Assembly: GCA_905182615.1 (NCBI GenBank)
Contig: CAJJCG010000016.1
Coordinates: 114,250-178,249, forward strand
Direction of reading: 5' to 3'
DNA length: 64,000 bases
DNA from: Alphaproteobacteria bacterium UBA2964
Lineage (GTDB): Bacteria > Pseudomonadota > Alphaproteobacteria > MPNO01 > UBA2964
This document shows, piece by piece, positions 8,473 through 17,693 of the stretch (position 1 is the first letter of the stretch; every line of letters starts with the position of its first letter). The notes under the pieces were generated by a model that did no database searches, was not told the origin of the DNA, and worked only from the letters and a program-made list of their open reading frames with translations. The translations under genes were made by a program, and so were the position numbers.

Positions 8473-8889
8473 TTATTCGTCCCTGTGGACCCGTTCCATC
8501 CGTTCGTGCTGCTCCTGGGCTTCCAGGCTCAACGTGGCGATCGGTCGTGCTTCGAGACGGCGCAACCCGATGGGCTCACCGGTTTCTTCACAATAGCCGA
8601 ATTGACCTTGTTCGATTCGGTTAAGCGCTTCATCGATCTTCTGAACCAACTTGCGTTCGCGGTCTCGCGTCCTTAACTCAACAGCCCGATCGGTCTCCGC
8701 CGAAGCCCGATCTCCAATATCCGGTGCCTGTAGTGAGTCTTCCTGAAGATTTTGAAGGGTTTGACTGGTTTCGCGCAGGAGCTCTCCCCGCCATTGTGAC
8801 AAGCGTTGCCGGAAATACTCCCGCTGCTTGGCGTTCATGAAAGGCTCTTTTTCTGATGGCCTGTAATTCTTTGTTAGTTTCGGCGGCAT
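8473..8889 (-). CDS. dksA: RNA polymerase-binding factor DksA (zinc-finger-less type)
   Basis: It has the coiled-coil tip DIGDRASAE (DxxDxA), LRTRDRERKL, and FGYCEETGEPIGLRRLEARP. The four Zn-finger Cys positions read C/T/S/A. A GGAGGTGAC RBS precedes the ATG. Confidence 0.9.
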   Translation of the reverse strand: MPPKLTKNYRPSEKEPFMNAKQREYFRQRLSQWRGELLRETSQTLQNLQEDSLQAPDIGDRASAETDRAVELRTRDRERKLVQKIDEALNRIEQGQFGYCEETGEPIGLRRLEARPIATLSLEAQEQHERMERVHRDE

Positions 8890-9189
8890 GTCACCTCCAG
8901 ACGCTCAGATTTCGGCGCGGAGTATATGAACCGTTTCTTGTGACCGCAAGTGCCATGAAGAAATTTACGAAATTATCCTAAGCGCATGATAATACGCTAT
9001 TTTTTATGCCATTCGCCCTAGCTTTGCCAATTCAACTGCCGCTCGGAGCTCTATCTCACCCACAATTCCCTTTAATCGCGGGGCGGTAAGACGTCCTTGC
9101 TGTTATTTGACCAACGCAAGAATCCGATTGAGTTTTTCTTCTGGCTTGTCTGCCGTCAGCGCCTATGGAAAAAATTAGCGAGATTGTAT

Positions 9190-9425
9190 AAGGGAGGATT
9201 TCTGGTTCATTGGCTGGGGCTGGATGTATCTGTCGACAATCCTTGATGATTACTCGCGTTACCTCAATGCTTGAAAGCTATGCACGACCATAAAGGCGAG
9301 TGATGTCACTGAGATCTTGGACCTTGCCCTACTAGCATCAGGTTGTGGTCAGGTCCACGCTGAGCACAAGCCGAGACTGTTGTCTGACAACGGCTCCAGC
9401 TAGGTCTCTGGTGAGCTGGCTGCAA
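9190..9425 (+). pseudogene. Fragment of a DDE (rve integrase-core) transposase, IS3/IS481-like
   Basis: The translation WFIGWGWMYLSTILDDYSRYLNA*KLCTTIKASDVTEILDLALLASGCGQVHAEHKPRLLSDNGSS*VSGELA has the typical rve-core pattern. It carries two in-frame stops (the first at 9272-9274), and both N- and C-terminal parts are missing. Confidence 0.7.
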
Positions 9426-9492
9426 GGACATTTGTCCCAATAAACGGAGCTATAAATTTGGCCGAGTTAGTCATCTGAGATGTTATGAAGGG

Positions 9493-9624
9493 CTATCTTG
9501 CTCTTCCGCGACCCAAAGTGGCTAGCGTAACCCCTTTCATTATTGCCCCAAAGGGGTCTTTTGGATGATCCACCCAACCTCCTTCATAGGCCAGCACATA
9601 CTTGGGTGAATGCTTAAAATTCAT
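9493..9624 (-). pseudogene. N-terminal fragment of a GH108-type lysozyme
   Basis: MNFKHSPKYVLAYEGGWVDHPKDPFGAIMKGVTLATLG resembles the EGGYVNHPKDPGG..GIT start of glycoside hydrolase family 108. It terminates after 43 codons. Confidence 0.5.
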
Positions 9625-9640
9625 TGGCACAATACCTTCT

Positions 9641-11455
9641 TCAGTCCTCGGTTCCGGTGGATTCGCCACCGCGCGCGCGGGTAAGCAAGGGTGCCGCATA
9701 ACCCGGCACCACATGTAGATCCATCAAATAGGGCGCGCCCGATTCGACCACGTTTATAGCGCGTTCCAGAGCCTCCGCGACCTGGTTGGCACGGGTGACA
9801 GGGCCAGATGCCTCAACGCCCTGACCCTTCGCGATGGCGCTGAGATCCAGCGGCGGGTCATCAATGCGCATGCCAATCCACTTGTTATCAACATTGCGGC
9901 CGCGGTCCTTCGCGACTACGGCCTGATGAATTTCATCATTGAAGTTTGACCGGTTGTTGATGACCACGATCAGCGCTGGGATACGATAATGCGCCGCCGT
10001 CCAGAGTGATGTTGCGCCCTGCATGAAATCGCCATCGCCGATAAGCGTGATAGGGATACGACCAGTGCCGCGCAGCGCGAGCCCCGCCCCGATCGCCATG
10101 CCCGGCCCAGAACCCAATCCGCCACCACCGTCATAACCGAGGTAATCCAGTGGCTCGTAAAAGTCATAGAGATCGCTTGCCCAGCCTAGCCCGACACGTA
10201 CCAGGGTAAATTTTCGGCCTTCACGCGCTTGTTCGATAAAGCGCGAGACATCCGGTGCGGTAATCGCGCGGTCCAGGTCGCCCTCCGCCGTCGGCTTTGC
10301 CGCACGGTCAATTGGCACTTCATCGACCCATTTCTTGTCACACCCCGCCATAGCGTCTTCGATCAGTGGTAGGAGAGGACGGATCATCGCATCAGGTTCG
10401 ACGAGAACCCGGAGATCAACGGCCGGGAGCACCTGATGATCCTTGCTCCAGCCGTTATGGCTATAAGAATCTACCGAGCAATTGACAATCTTGCCAGTTA
10501 CCGGCCCTTCGATTTCGATCAAATTTATCGCCCCACCGAGATCGATACAGTCAAACGCGACGATGACATCAGCGCGGCGGATCATCGCCTTGCTTTCAGC
10601 AGGAAAATGACTCAGCGGAGGCGGGCCGTGCAGCGGATGATTTGTTGGAAAGGCGGCACCGACACGCAGATCTGTCAGAACGCGGGCGCCCAGTGCTTCG
10701 GCTAAACGAATCCGCCGGTCCCAATCCTCCTGATTGCGTGAAACCCGGCCCATCAGAAATAGCGGGCGTTCCGCCGCCATCAGCATATTAGTAAGATCAG
10801 CGAGAGTATCGGCGCCAGGTTCCGGTAGCGGGCCCGGTTGGTAGCGCGCGGGATCAGGCAGAACAGTATCGGCGTCTAAGGGAAGTTCCTGAATACCCGC
10901 ATCGAGACAAACATAAGTCGGTCCCTGTGGTGCAGTGCGGCAGATCTGGTTAGCCCGCAGCATCGCCTCAAACGTTGCCTCGACCGACGCCGGCTGATCA
11001 TCCCATTTGGTATAATGACGAAGCAGCGCGCCTTGATCCTGGGCAGTATGAACCCAATCGACCCACGGGCGGCGTTCCGCCGCGTCGACGGGTCCGGTCG
11101 CCCCCATCAAGAAAATCGGCACCCGCCCGCACCAGGCATTAAATATCTGCAACAGCCCATGCATCAACCCGACATTACTGTGCACAATTGCGCCCATTGG
11201 TTTGTCAGTGACACGAGCATAGCCGTGGGCGATCGCTACCACGTGATCCTCGTGCAGACATAGCAGCATCTGCGGATTACGGTTGCCAAGGTAATTCACG
11301 AGGCTGTCATGAAGTCCGCGATAACTCGCGCCCGGATTCATCGCAATGTATTTGAGATCGAGCTTGCGCAGCATTTCCGCAATGGCATCGCTCACCCATT
11401 CCATCTCGGCATTGCCCGAAGGTTCTGATTTTTCGATATCTTCCAGTTTTTTCAT
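9641..11455 (-). CDS. Thiamine-diphosphate-dependent enzyme (acetolactate synthase / benzoylformate decarboxylase superfamily)
   Basis: The N-terminal TPP-pyrimidine domain reads HEDHVVAIAHGYARVTDKPMGAIVHSNVGLMHG. The C-terminal diphosphate-binding motif reads GDGDFMQGATSLWTAAHY...NNRS. The ATG at 11455 is preferred over the TTG at 11503. Confidence 0.85.
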   Translation of the reverse strand: MKKLEDIEKSEPSGNAEMEWVSDAIAEMLRKLDLKYIAMNPGASYRGLHDSLVNYLGNRNPQMLLCLHEDHVVAIAHGYARVTDKPMGAIVHSNVGLMHGLLQIFNAWCGRVPIFLMGATGPVDAAERRPWVDWVHTAQDQGALLRHYTKWDDQPASVEATFEAMLRANQICRTAPQGPTYVCLDAGIQELPLDADTVLPDPARYQPGPLPEPGADTLADLTNMLMAAERPLFLMGRVSRNQEDWDRRIRLAEALGARVLTDLRVGAAFPTNHPLHGPPPLSHFPAESKAMIRRADVIVAFDCIDLGGAINLIEIEGPVTGKIVNCSVDSYSHNGWSKDHQVLPAVDLRVLVEPDAMIRPLLPLIEDAMAGCDKKWVDEVPIDRAAKPTAEGDLDRAITAPDVSRFIEQAREGRKFTLVRVGLGWASDLYDFYEPLDYLGYDGGGGLGSGPGMAIGAGLALRGTGRIPITLIGDGDFMQGATSLWTAAHYRIPALIVVINNRSNFNDEIHQAVVAKDRGRNVDNKWIGMRIDDPPLDLSAIAKGQGVEASGPVTRANQVAEALERAINVVESGAPYLMDLHVVPGYAAPLLTRARGGESTGTED

Positions 11456-11567
11456 AATCACCGGCGGGTTAATAACAGTAGTAACTGTCTTAAACTTAAA
11501 CAAACTACGCGTGCGAGCAAATTAGAGCCGTCACTGGCCGTGAGTGAAACGTTTGGTTTCTAATGAT

Positions 11568-13169
11568 TTAAGGTCCGTGTCCTGTCGTGAGAGGGCTTGT
11601 ATCCGTTAAATCCATCATGCGCCGCGCGAGCTGCTCAACCAACGCCGCGCGCTTGGCGGCGTGGGCGGGGTCATGCCAAAGATTGTCGAACTCCAGCGGA
11701 TCATTCTCGAGATCATAAAGCTCGCCCCAGTCGGTATCCGAATAGAAGGTCAATCGCCATTTGTCGGCAATCATGGTTCTGGCCCGGAAGCTGGGCTCTA
11801 ACCCCATATAGCCGCGCTGCTGGCTTTCCTCGATGACCACTGAATCATGAACCTCGTCACCGGCAGCAATCGCGGACAGGTTCTTGCCCTGCATACCGTT
11901 GAACCGCCCGACACCAGCGCGATCGAGGATGGAGGTCGGTAGATCGATGGTGCCCGCGAGATTATCAGTGGAGGCGGGCTGGTGATGGTCGGCGGGGTCC
12001 GACCAAATACAAGGCACCCGAATGACGCCCTGATAGTGGACGGCGGCCTTTAAAAGCAGCTGGTGATCGCCCATGAAATCGCCGTGGTCGGTGGTGAAGA
12101 TCACAACCGTGTTCTCTGCTAGCCCGGACGATTGCAGCGTCGACAGAACACGGCCAATAACGTCGTCAATCATAGTGATGGAGCCGTAATTCAGCGCGAT
12201 GGCTTCCCGTACTTCCTCTTCGGAACATCCAAAAGCGCGCTGACCGCCCATGTTGGCCCGACCCTCTTCCCGCTCAGCCAGCAGGGCGGCGACCTGCGGT
12301 GGGAGTTTTTCAATCGGGTGATTGAAGGCGTCCGGTAACGGAATATCCGCCGGGTCATACATGTCGAAATACTTGCCCGGCGGTGTGAAGGGGTGATGTG
12401 GATCGGGGAAGGAGCATTGAATGAAAAACGGGTTATCGTTCTTTTCTCTACCTTCAAGAAAGGAAATGGTCTCCTCGGCCACATAGGTGGTTGGGTAGAG
12501 CTCTTCGGGAATGGCCGTGCGCCATGCCTGCGGCGCGTGAATTTCTCGGTTCGCTGGCAGTGCGTTGTCCGGCCCGCGCAGGGAATCTGGATCAGAATGC
12601 CGTTCACCAATCCATCGGTCATAGTGTCCGCGCACACGATCGCTATGACCGATGGCGAGCGCCAGATAATCGAAACCATAAAATGGCATTTTCGGTTCGA
12701 AACCCGGTTCGCCGCTCCAAGTGGGCGGCAATTCCTGGTCATAGCGTCCGTCACCCCATTGGTTCTGCCTTGCCTCGGCGTTTGCTTCGCTGGGTTCGGC
12801 CTTTTCTGGATCGGAAACCGGTAGGCTGATCTCGGTCTTGTTGGGTGAGACGCTTTGCAGGTGGCACTTGCCGACCAGCGCCGTGTCATAGCCGGCATCA
12901 CTTAGTAATTGTGTGAAGGTGGTTGCCTGCAGCGACAACGGAATGCCGTTCTGGCGGACGCCGTGAAGCGATGGCATGCGCCCTGTCATCAACGTCGCGC
13001 GGTTGGGCATACAGATGGGACAGGAGACATAGAAACGGTCAAACCGCGTGCCCCCTTTGGCGATGGAATCGATGTTTGGGGTCTGGACGATTTCATTGCC
13101 GTAGCAGCCGAGATGATCAGCGCGATGCTGATCGGTAATGATCAGCAAAAAATTGGGTCGGTCGGACAT
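11568..13169 (-). CDS. Cys-type sulfatase (arylsulfatase family)
   Basis: NFLLIITDQHRADHLGCYG is followed by the CMPNRATLMTGR (C-x-P-x-R) formylglycine motif. Confidence 0.9.
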   Translation of the reverse strand: MSDRPNFLLIITDQHRADHLGCYGNEIVQTPNIDSIAKGGTRFDRFYVSCPICMPNRATLMTGRMPSLHGVRQNGIPLSLQATTFTQLLSDAGYDTALVGKCHLQSVSPNKTEISLPVSDPEKAEPSEANAEARQNQWGDGRYDQELPPTWSGEPGFEPKMPFYGFDYLALAIGHSDRVRGHYDRWIGERHSDPDSLRGPDNALPANREIHAPQAWRTAIPEELYPTTYVAEETISFLEGREKNDNPFFIQCSFPDPHHPFTPPGKYFDMYDPADIPLPDAFNHPIEKLPPQVAALLAEREEGRANMGGQRAFGCSEEEVREAIALNYGSITMIDDVIGRVLSTLQSSGLAENTVVIFTTDHGDFMGDHQLLLKAAVHYQGVIRVPCIWSDPADHHQPASTDNLAGTIDLPTSILDRAGVGRFNGMQGKNLSAIAAGDEVHDSVVIEESQQRGYMGLEPSFRARTMIADKWRLTFYSDTDWGELYDLENDPLEFDNLWHDPAHAAKRAALVEQLARRMMDLTDTSPLTTGHGP

Positions 13170-13247
13170 GGTTCCCTCACATTTTTTTATTCTAATCCGA
13201 GATGTCCCATATGGGTCTCTCCAAATTGGTTAAGCGTGGCTCAGAAC

Positions 13248-13284
13248 CGTTCAACGCGCAATCTCCCGGTGAGTTGCAACCGCT
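13248..13284 (-). repeat. Conserved 37-nt intergenic motif, copy A (upstream of the sulfatase)
   Basis: cgttcaacgcgcaatctcccggtgagttgcaaccgct matches copy B at 32 of 37 positions. It lies 79-115 nt upstream of the sulfatase ATG and contains the imperfect inverted repeat GCAATCTC...GAGTTGC. Confidence 0.6.
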
Positions 13285-13308
13285 ACCCAACGGGTCAGAT
13301 GAAGATCA

Positions 13309-14382
13309 TCAGGATATAAGCGCGTCCGCCTCTTCTCCGCGGAGCTCCCGGTAGAGCCCGAGCTTTTGGTGCACGCCCTTGTCGGAGAAGCTGTAGAGGA
13401 AGCTCTGCGTGTCAGTCTCATGACGATGGGGATACCAGGCCGGCACGACGAAGATGTCGCGCGGACCCCATTCAAACGTCGCATCGCCGATGATGGTCCG
13501 CCCCTGCCCCTCGACCGCGTGATAGACCCAGGCTGCGGTCGTGCAATGGGTCTGGCCGCAAAACCCGGCGGGCATGAGCTGCATGAAGGCCGATAGGGTC
13601 GGCAGGACCGGACCCGCAGTCTCCGGGTTGATGTATTCCATTTTGACACCGTGGCTCGGATCCTGGTGGCTATCCACCTCGGCCAAGCGCAAGAGCGCAT
13701 CGCGGGTTTCGCTATACGGATAGCGGAAGATGGGCGAGGTCGGCGCGGTTGGCGCATGATCCATCGGCAACATGTTAGCGCCAAACCGCGCATGGGAATC
13801 ACCTTCTGGATTGCCGTCGGGAAAGACCGTATTGCCAGTCCAGGGCTCCGCGAACACAGGGCCCAGAAACCGAACCAGAGGCACATCGAGACAGGTCATG
13901 GAGATATGCGGGCCAGGCCCGTCATGGCCGTGGCCGTGCCAAGTCCAGGATGGGTTGAGAATCAGATCACCCGGCGCCATCGCGCATCTTTCGCCATTGA
14001 CCGAGGTGTAGCCGGTCTCGCTCTCGATCACCATCCGGAGTGCGGACGGCGTATGGCGATGCGGCTCGGCGATCTCGCCCGGCATGATGCATTGCAACCC
14101 GGAATAGAGCGCCTCGGTGATACACCGCTTACCGCGCATCGCGGGATTTTCCAGCATCAGCGTGCGCCGTTCGGCATCCTCGCCTGACACCAGACCGCCT
14201 GACTCGACGACGAAAGGACGGATATCATCGAATCGCCAAAGATGGGGCTGTGCGTCAGTCTGCGGGCCCTTGGTTATCATCTCCTTGACCGCTTCCCAGA
14301 CCGGATAAAGATTGTCGTCATCGATCCGCCGATAAAAATCCGCCTTTTCGGGATTGTCCGATTGCGCAAACGTCTCGTCCAT
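13309..14382 (-). CDS. Bicupin ring-cleavage dioxygenase, gentisate 1,2-dioxygenase-like
   Basis: Length and pattern fit gentisate / 1-hydroxy-2-naphthoate dioxygenases: PHLWRFDDIRP, AERRTLMLENP, HRHTPSALRMVIE...GDLILNPSWTWHGHGH, and a second cupin WYPHRHE. Confidence 0.8.
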   Translation of the reverse strand: MDETFAQSDNPEKADFYRRIDDDNLYPVWEAVKEMITKGPQTDAQPHLWRFDDIRPFVVESGGLVSGEDAERRTLMLENPAMRGKRCITEALYSGLQCIMPGEIAEPHRHTPSALRMVIESETGYTSVNGERCAMAPGDLILNPSWTWHGHGHDGPGPHISMTCLDVPLVRFLGPVFAEPWTGNTVFPDGNPEGDSHARFGANMLPMDHAPTAPTSPIFRYPYSETRDALLRLAEVDSHQDPSHGVKMEYINPETAGPVLPTLSAFMQLMPAGFCGQTHCTTAAWVYHAVEGQGRTIIGDATFEWGPRDIFVVPAWYPHRHETDTQSFLYSFSDKGVHQKLGLYRELRGEEADALIS

Positions 14383-14474
14383 CGACCACCTCTGAAATTT
14401 CGCCGCGCTCTTGGCGATCTTAGCCGGGGGTTCCTATATGTATCTCGCCGGATTTGATGATCGTGGTTTAAAAT

Positions 14475-14511
14475 CGTTCAAAACGCAATCTCCCAATGAG
14501 TTGCAGCCGCT
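14475..14511 (-). repeat. Conserved 37-nt intergenic motif, copy B (upstream of the cupin dioxygenase)
   Basis: cgttcaaaacgcaatctcccaatgagttgcagccgct lies 93-129 nt upstream of the dioxygenase ATG. It has the same orientation relative to its gene as copy A. Confidence 0.6.
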
Positions 14512-14875
14512 TTCCTGCCAACGCTATGAATTTGAGAGGTAATTAAATTGGGAGGCAGGGATGATGGCAACGAGTCATAACCAATATAACAGTTAGGCAG
14601 ACGGTGGTGAGGTTGCTCATAATCAGGGTTTGACAGATTTCTTATAAAATTCGTAGGTAAAGTTTGCGCAGATAGGCTGTAGTAGGTCAGTAAATCTAGT
14701 TAGTTGCCACTGAAAGCAGTTCCGCGTGATGAATATTTTAAAACTGGATTTGTTCAGCCGGGTTGGCATTACTAAAAGTAATAAGGGGCCCAACGCATTC
14801 AGGTAAAAAGCAAACGCCGAGATATTAGCCCTGGCTCATTCATTTTCTAACACTTGGGTATGAAAATAATTCTCT

Positions 14876-15511
14876 TCAGTCTGTATGTATCAAATCCATC
14901 AGCCGGCGCTCCATCACAGGGTCACTATCAAAGACTCCGGTCATAGTCCTCGTCACCATTGCCACACCGGGTTTGTTAACGCCACGCGTCGTCATACATT
15001 GGTGCTGCGCCTTGATGATGACCGCAACGCCTCGGGGTTGAAGTGCCTGTTCGATACAACGCGCTATTTGTGCCGTCATGGTTTCCTGCGTTTGTAACCG
15101 GCGCGCAAAACCATCAACAACCCGCGCCAGCTTGCTGATACCAACAACTCGTTCAGAGGGTAAATAAGCGACATGTGCAGTACCTGTGATCGGCACGACA
15201 TGATGCTCGCAGTGAGACTGGAATGTAATATCGCGCAGCAGCACAATATCGTTATAGCCCTGAACCTCTTCAAACGTCCGCTCAAGATGTTCCGCCGGAT
15301 CAAAATTATAGCCACTAAAAAACTCGGCATACGCCTTCGTCACGCGTGCAGGCGTATCGCGCAATCCCTCCCTGTTGGGGTTATCGCCTGCCCAGATCAA
15401 AAGCGTCCGAACAGCCTCTTCAGCTTGATCTCGGGTCACCTCTTCTGTATTCGGTGCACCCTTCGGCATAGCTGCGTTTTCGTTTTTTCCAAATTGATCT
15501 AAAGGCGCCAT
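14876..15511 (-). CDS. folE: GTP cyclohydrolase I (FolE type 1)
   Basis: [24 protein letters not shown] and [12 protein letters not shown] are canonical FolE motifs. Confidence 0.9.
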   Translation of the reverse strand: MAPLDQFGKNENAAMPKGAPNTEEVTRDQAEEAVRTLLIWAGDNPNREGLRDTPARVTKAYAEFFSGYNFDPAEHLERTFEEVQGYNDIVLLRDITFQSHCEHHVVPITGTAHVAYLPSERVVGISKLARVVDGFARRLQTQETMTAQIARCIEQALQPRGVAVIIKAQHQCMTTRGVNKPGVAMVTRTMTGVFDSDPVMERRLMDLIHTD

Positions 15512-15612
15512 AATTTATTTCCTAATAATTTAATAAAAACCAATTTAGCGGAACGTAAGTATAGTAATGAGACGCTACTTCTACGTCGCGAAGAGAGCCA
15601 AGTTATCTTGCC

Positions 15613-16215
15613 CTATTTGTCACCCAAGACCTGTCCCACAGCAGCGACGCCACCTTCTTCTCCCCATCGAGGGGATGATTCCAGGTTTACGCCCAATTGA
15701 TCGAGCATCCGCATACAACTCTGATCGACGATGTCTTCTAGAGTCTTCGGACGATTATAAAAGGCCGGAACCGGCGGAAAGATTACAGCCCCAAGATTAG
15801 CTAGCTTTGACATGCTCTCCAGATGTCCCGCATGCAGCGGTGTCTCCCGTACGGCCACGACAAGTTTACGGCGTTCTTTCAAGATAACGTCTGCGGCGCG
15901 GGTAATCAGATCACCCGTATTACCCATCGCTATATTGGACATGGTCTTGATGGAACACGGCGCGATGATCATCCCTTCGCTAAAAAACGAGCCAGAAGAT
16001 ATCGCCGCTCCTATATTTCCAGGAGCATGGACCTCATGAGCTAGGGAACTAATACGCTCTAGTTCGACATCATGTTCCATCTTCAGCGTTAGCTTGGCCG
16101 ATGGACTCATCACAAGATGTATCTCAGTTTGGCCTTCGCTGCGGAGCAACTCCATCAAACGCCAACCATATATCGTTCCAGTGGCACCCGTTATGCCTAT
16201 AATTATTCTTTTCAT
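15613..16215 (-). CDS. ubiX: Flavin prenyltransferase UbiX
   Basis: MKRIIIGITGATGTIYG, PCSIKTMSNIAMG and VAVRETPLH match UbiX. The ATG at 16215 follows a GAGGGAG RBS. Confidence 0.9.
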   Translation of the reverse strand: MKRIIIGITGATGTIYGWRLMELLRSEGQTEIHLVMSPSAKLTLKMEHDVELERISSLAHEVHAPGNIGAAISSGSFFSEGMIIAPCSIKTMSNIAMGNTGDLITRAADVILKERRKLVVAVRETPLHAGHLESMSKLANLGAVIFPPVPAFYNRPKTLEDIVDQSCMRMLDQLGVNLESSPRWGEEGGVAAVGQVLGDK

Positions 16216-16311
16216 TGTTCTACTCCCTCTGGTCATTGTTGAACGAAAGATCGACTAGCAAAGAATGCCAGCCCGGCCAATTGGCAAGACCAGCATCCCT
16301 TAATAAATCAA

Positions 16312-16800
16312 TCACATGTTTGGCATAATGACCGTGTCGATGACGTGGATAACGCCGTTTGAGGCTTCGACATCTGCCTTAACCACCTTCGCTTTATCGA
16401 CCATGACGCCGCTATGGGCTTCGACCGATATCTTGCTGCCTTGCACCGACGCAACTTTCAGGGACTTGCCAGCAATATCGCTCGCCATCACTTTGCCGGG
16501 CACTACGTGGTAGGTAAGGATCGCCACTAACTTCGCTTTGTTTTCTGGCTTGAGCAAAGAAGCGAGCGTTCCAGCCGGCAACTTGGCAAATGCTGCATCG
16601 GTAGGGGCGAACACCGTGAAAGGGCCCTTGCTCTTGAGCGTACCGACAAGATCGGCAGCCTTCACTGCAGCTACGAGTGTTTTGAATGAACCAGCCGAAA
16701 TAGCGGTATCGACAATATCGCCAGCTCGGACAGTGGTTGCGGCGAGTATCATCGCCAGGGCAACGGATACAGTTCGGATAATCGTTTTGGGGGATTTCAT
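16312..16800 (-). CDS. Secreted fasciclin (FAS1) domain protein
   Basis: It has a signal peptide ([26 protein letters not shown]), then [24 protein letters not shown] and [13 protein letters not shown]. Confidence 0.85.
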   Translation of the reverse strand: MKSPKTIIRTVSVALAMILAATTVRAGDIVDTAISAGSFKTLVAAVKAADLVGTLKSKGPFTVFAPTDAAFAKLPAGTLASLLKPENKAKLVAILTYHVVPGKVMASDIAGKSLKVASVQGSKISVEAHSGVMVDKAKVVKADVEASNGVIHVIDTVIMPNM

Positions 16801-17030
16801 GCAATTAGTTCCTTTGAGAGAAAAAATACTATTCTATTACGAACAGAACCCGAGAATTTTCTAATCAAAAAAAGTCATCTCTATTATCGGGCGTTCGGAA
16901 TTTTTACGGCACAGACAGGGGTTCAGATCACTTGCGTTCAGAAATAAAGACAACGTTTAGAACGGGCATTCCCTGACCCTCCCCGCCAACTGGATTGTCA
17001 GGCATATAATCATGGGCCGCACAGCTGCAA

Positions 17031-17384
17031 TTGCAAGATGGCAACTACGCAGAGCCTCTTGCTGCGACCGAGGGGCCGGGGCCAGTAATAGTTCTCAAAC
17101 ACCCCAAAATGCTTAAGAGCTTGCATTCGCCTATCGATATTTTCATTGCCTTTGAGCCGGGTGAGAGCGGTAAACCCGCGGACATGGAAACACTGAAAGT
17201 GACGCTTGTCGGCTTCATCAATATCAACATCACGGATCGCCTTCGTGAATATATCAAGGGGAGTAATTTAGATGTTGAGGAAGCGAAGCTACCAAGTGGA
17301 AAGCATCGATTGAGGATGCGGATAAAAGACATTGATGGCAACGCGAATGAACGTGATGTGGTTGTGACGGTGTTGAATGATTAA
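17031..17384 (+). CDS. Hypothetical protein (possibly 5'-truncated)
   Basis: The 117-codon ORF has only a TTG start and an in-frame stop 8 codons upstream. I see no signal peptide or known motif. Confidence 0.4.
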   Translation: MQDGNYAEPLAATEGPGPVIVLKHPKMLKSLHSPIDIFIAFEPGESGKPADMETLKVTLVGFININITDRLREYIKGSNLDVEEAKLPSGKHRLRMRIKDIDGNANERDVVVTVLND

Positions 17385-17693
17385 GATGTCAGGCCTCTTA
17401 ACAAACCATTAATTAAAGTTTCGGAGCCGCGTTTTTAGCGGGCTGCAGCGCCCTCGCCCACGGTCGCGAATGGGCAGGCTTGTGGCCTTTGGCCAGCAAG
17501 TAGCCCGCGAATGAAGCCTGGCGCTCCCGGCGCTTCGTTCTCAGATTAATATTCTGCAAGACGTAATCCCTCATAGCCATATAGGCTACGCGTGTGCCAA
17601 CAGTGATTTCCCACCCCGCGAACGCATGGACCATTGAAGCCGAGATTGTAAAATTGCCTTTACGTTGTATCGTTGATGGGGAAAAACTTGTAA

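Noticed and set aside
12191-13886. Long alternative-frame ORFs (12191-12901 and 13251-13886, minus strand; 12393-12829, plus strand)
   Set aside because: They lie inside the sulfatase and cupin dioxygenase genes in other frames. Their Arg/Pro/Ser-rich products are typical of off-frame translation of GC-rich coding DNA.
13248-14520. Reading the 37-nt repeated motif as a sigma-54 (-24/-12) promoter
   Set aside because: On the gene strand the copies contain TGGCAG...GGCTGCA and TTGGGT...GTTGCA. However, the GG-to-GC spacing and the -12 TTGC element do not fit the TGGCAC-N5-TTGC consensus in either copy.
17413-17634. 73-aa minus-strand ORF at the left edge of the recombinase unit
   Set aside because: It has a basic, low-complexity C-terminus, no motif and no clear RBS. 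It might be real, but I cannot support it; it is kept only as a possible element-border gene.
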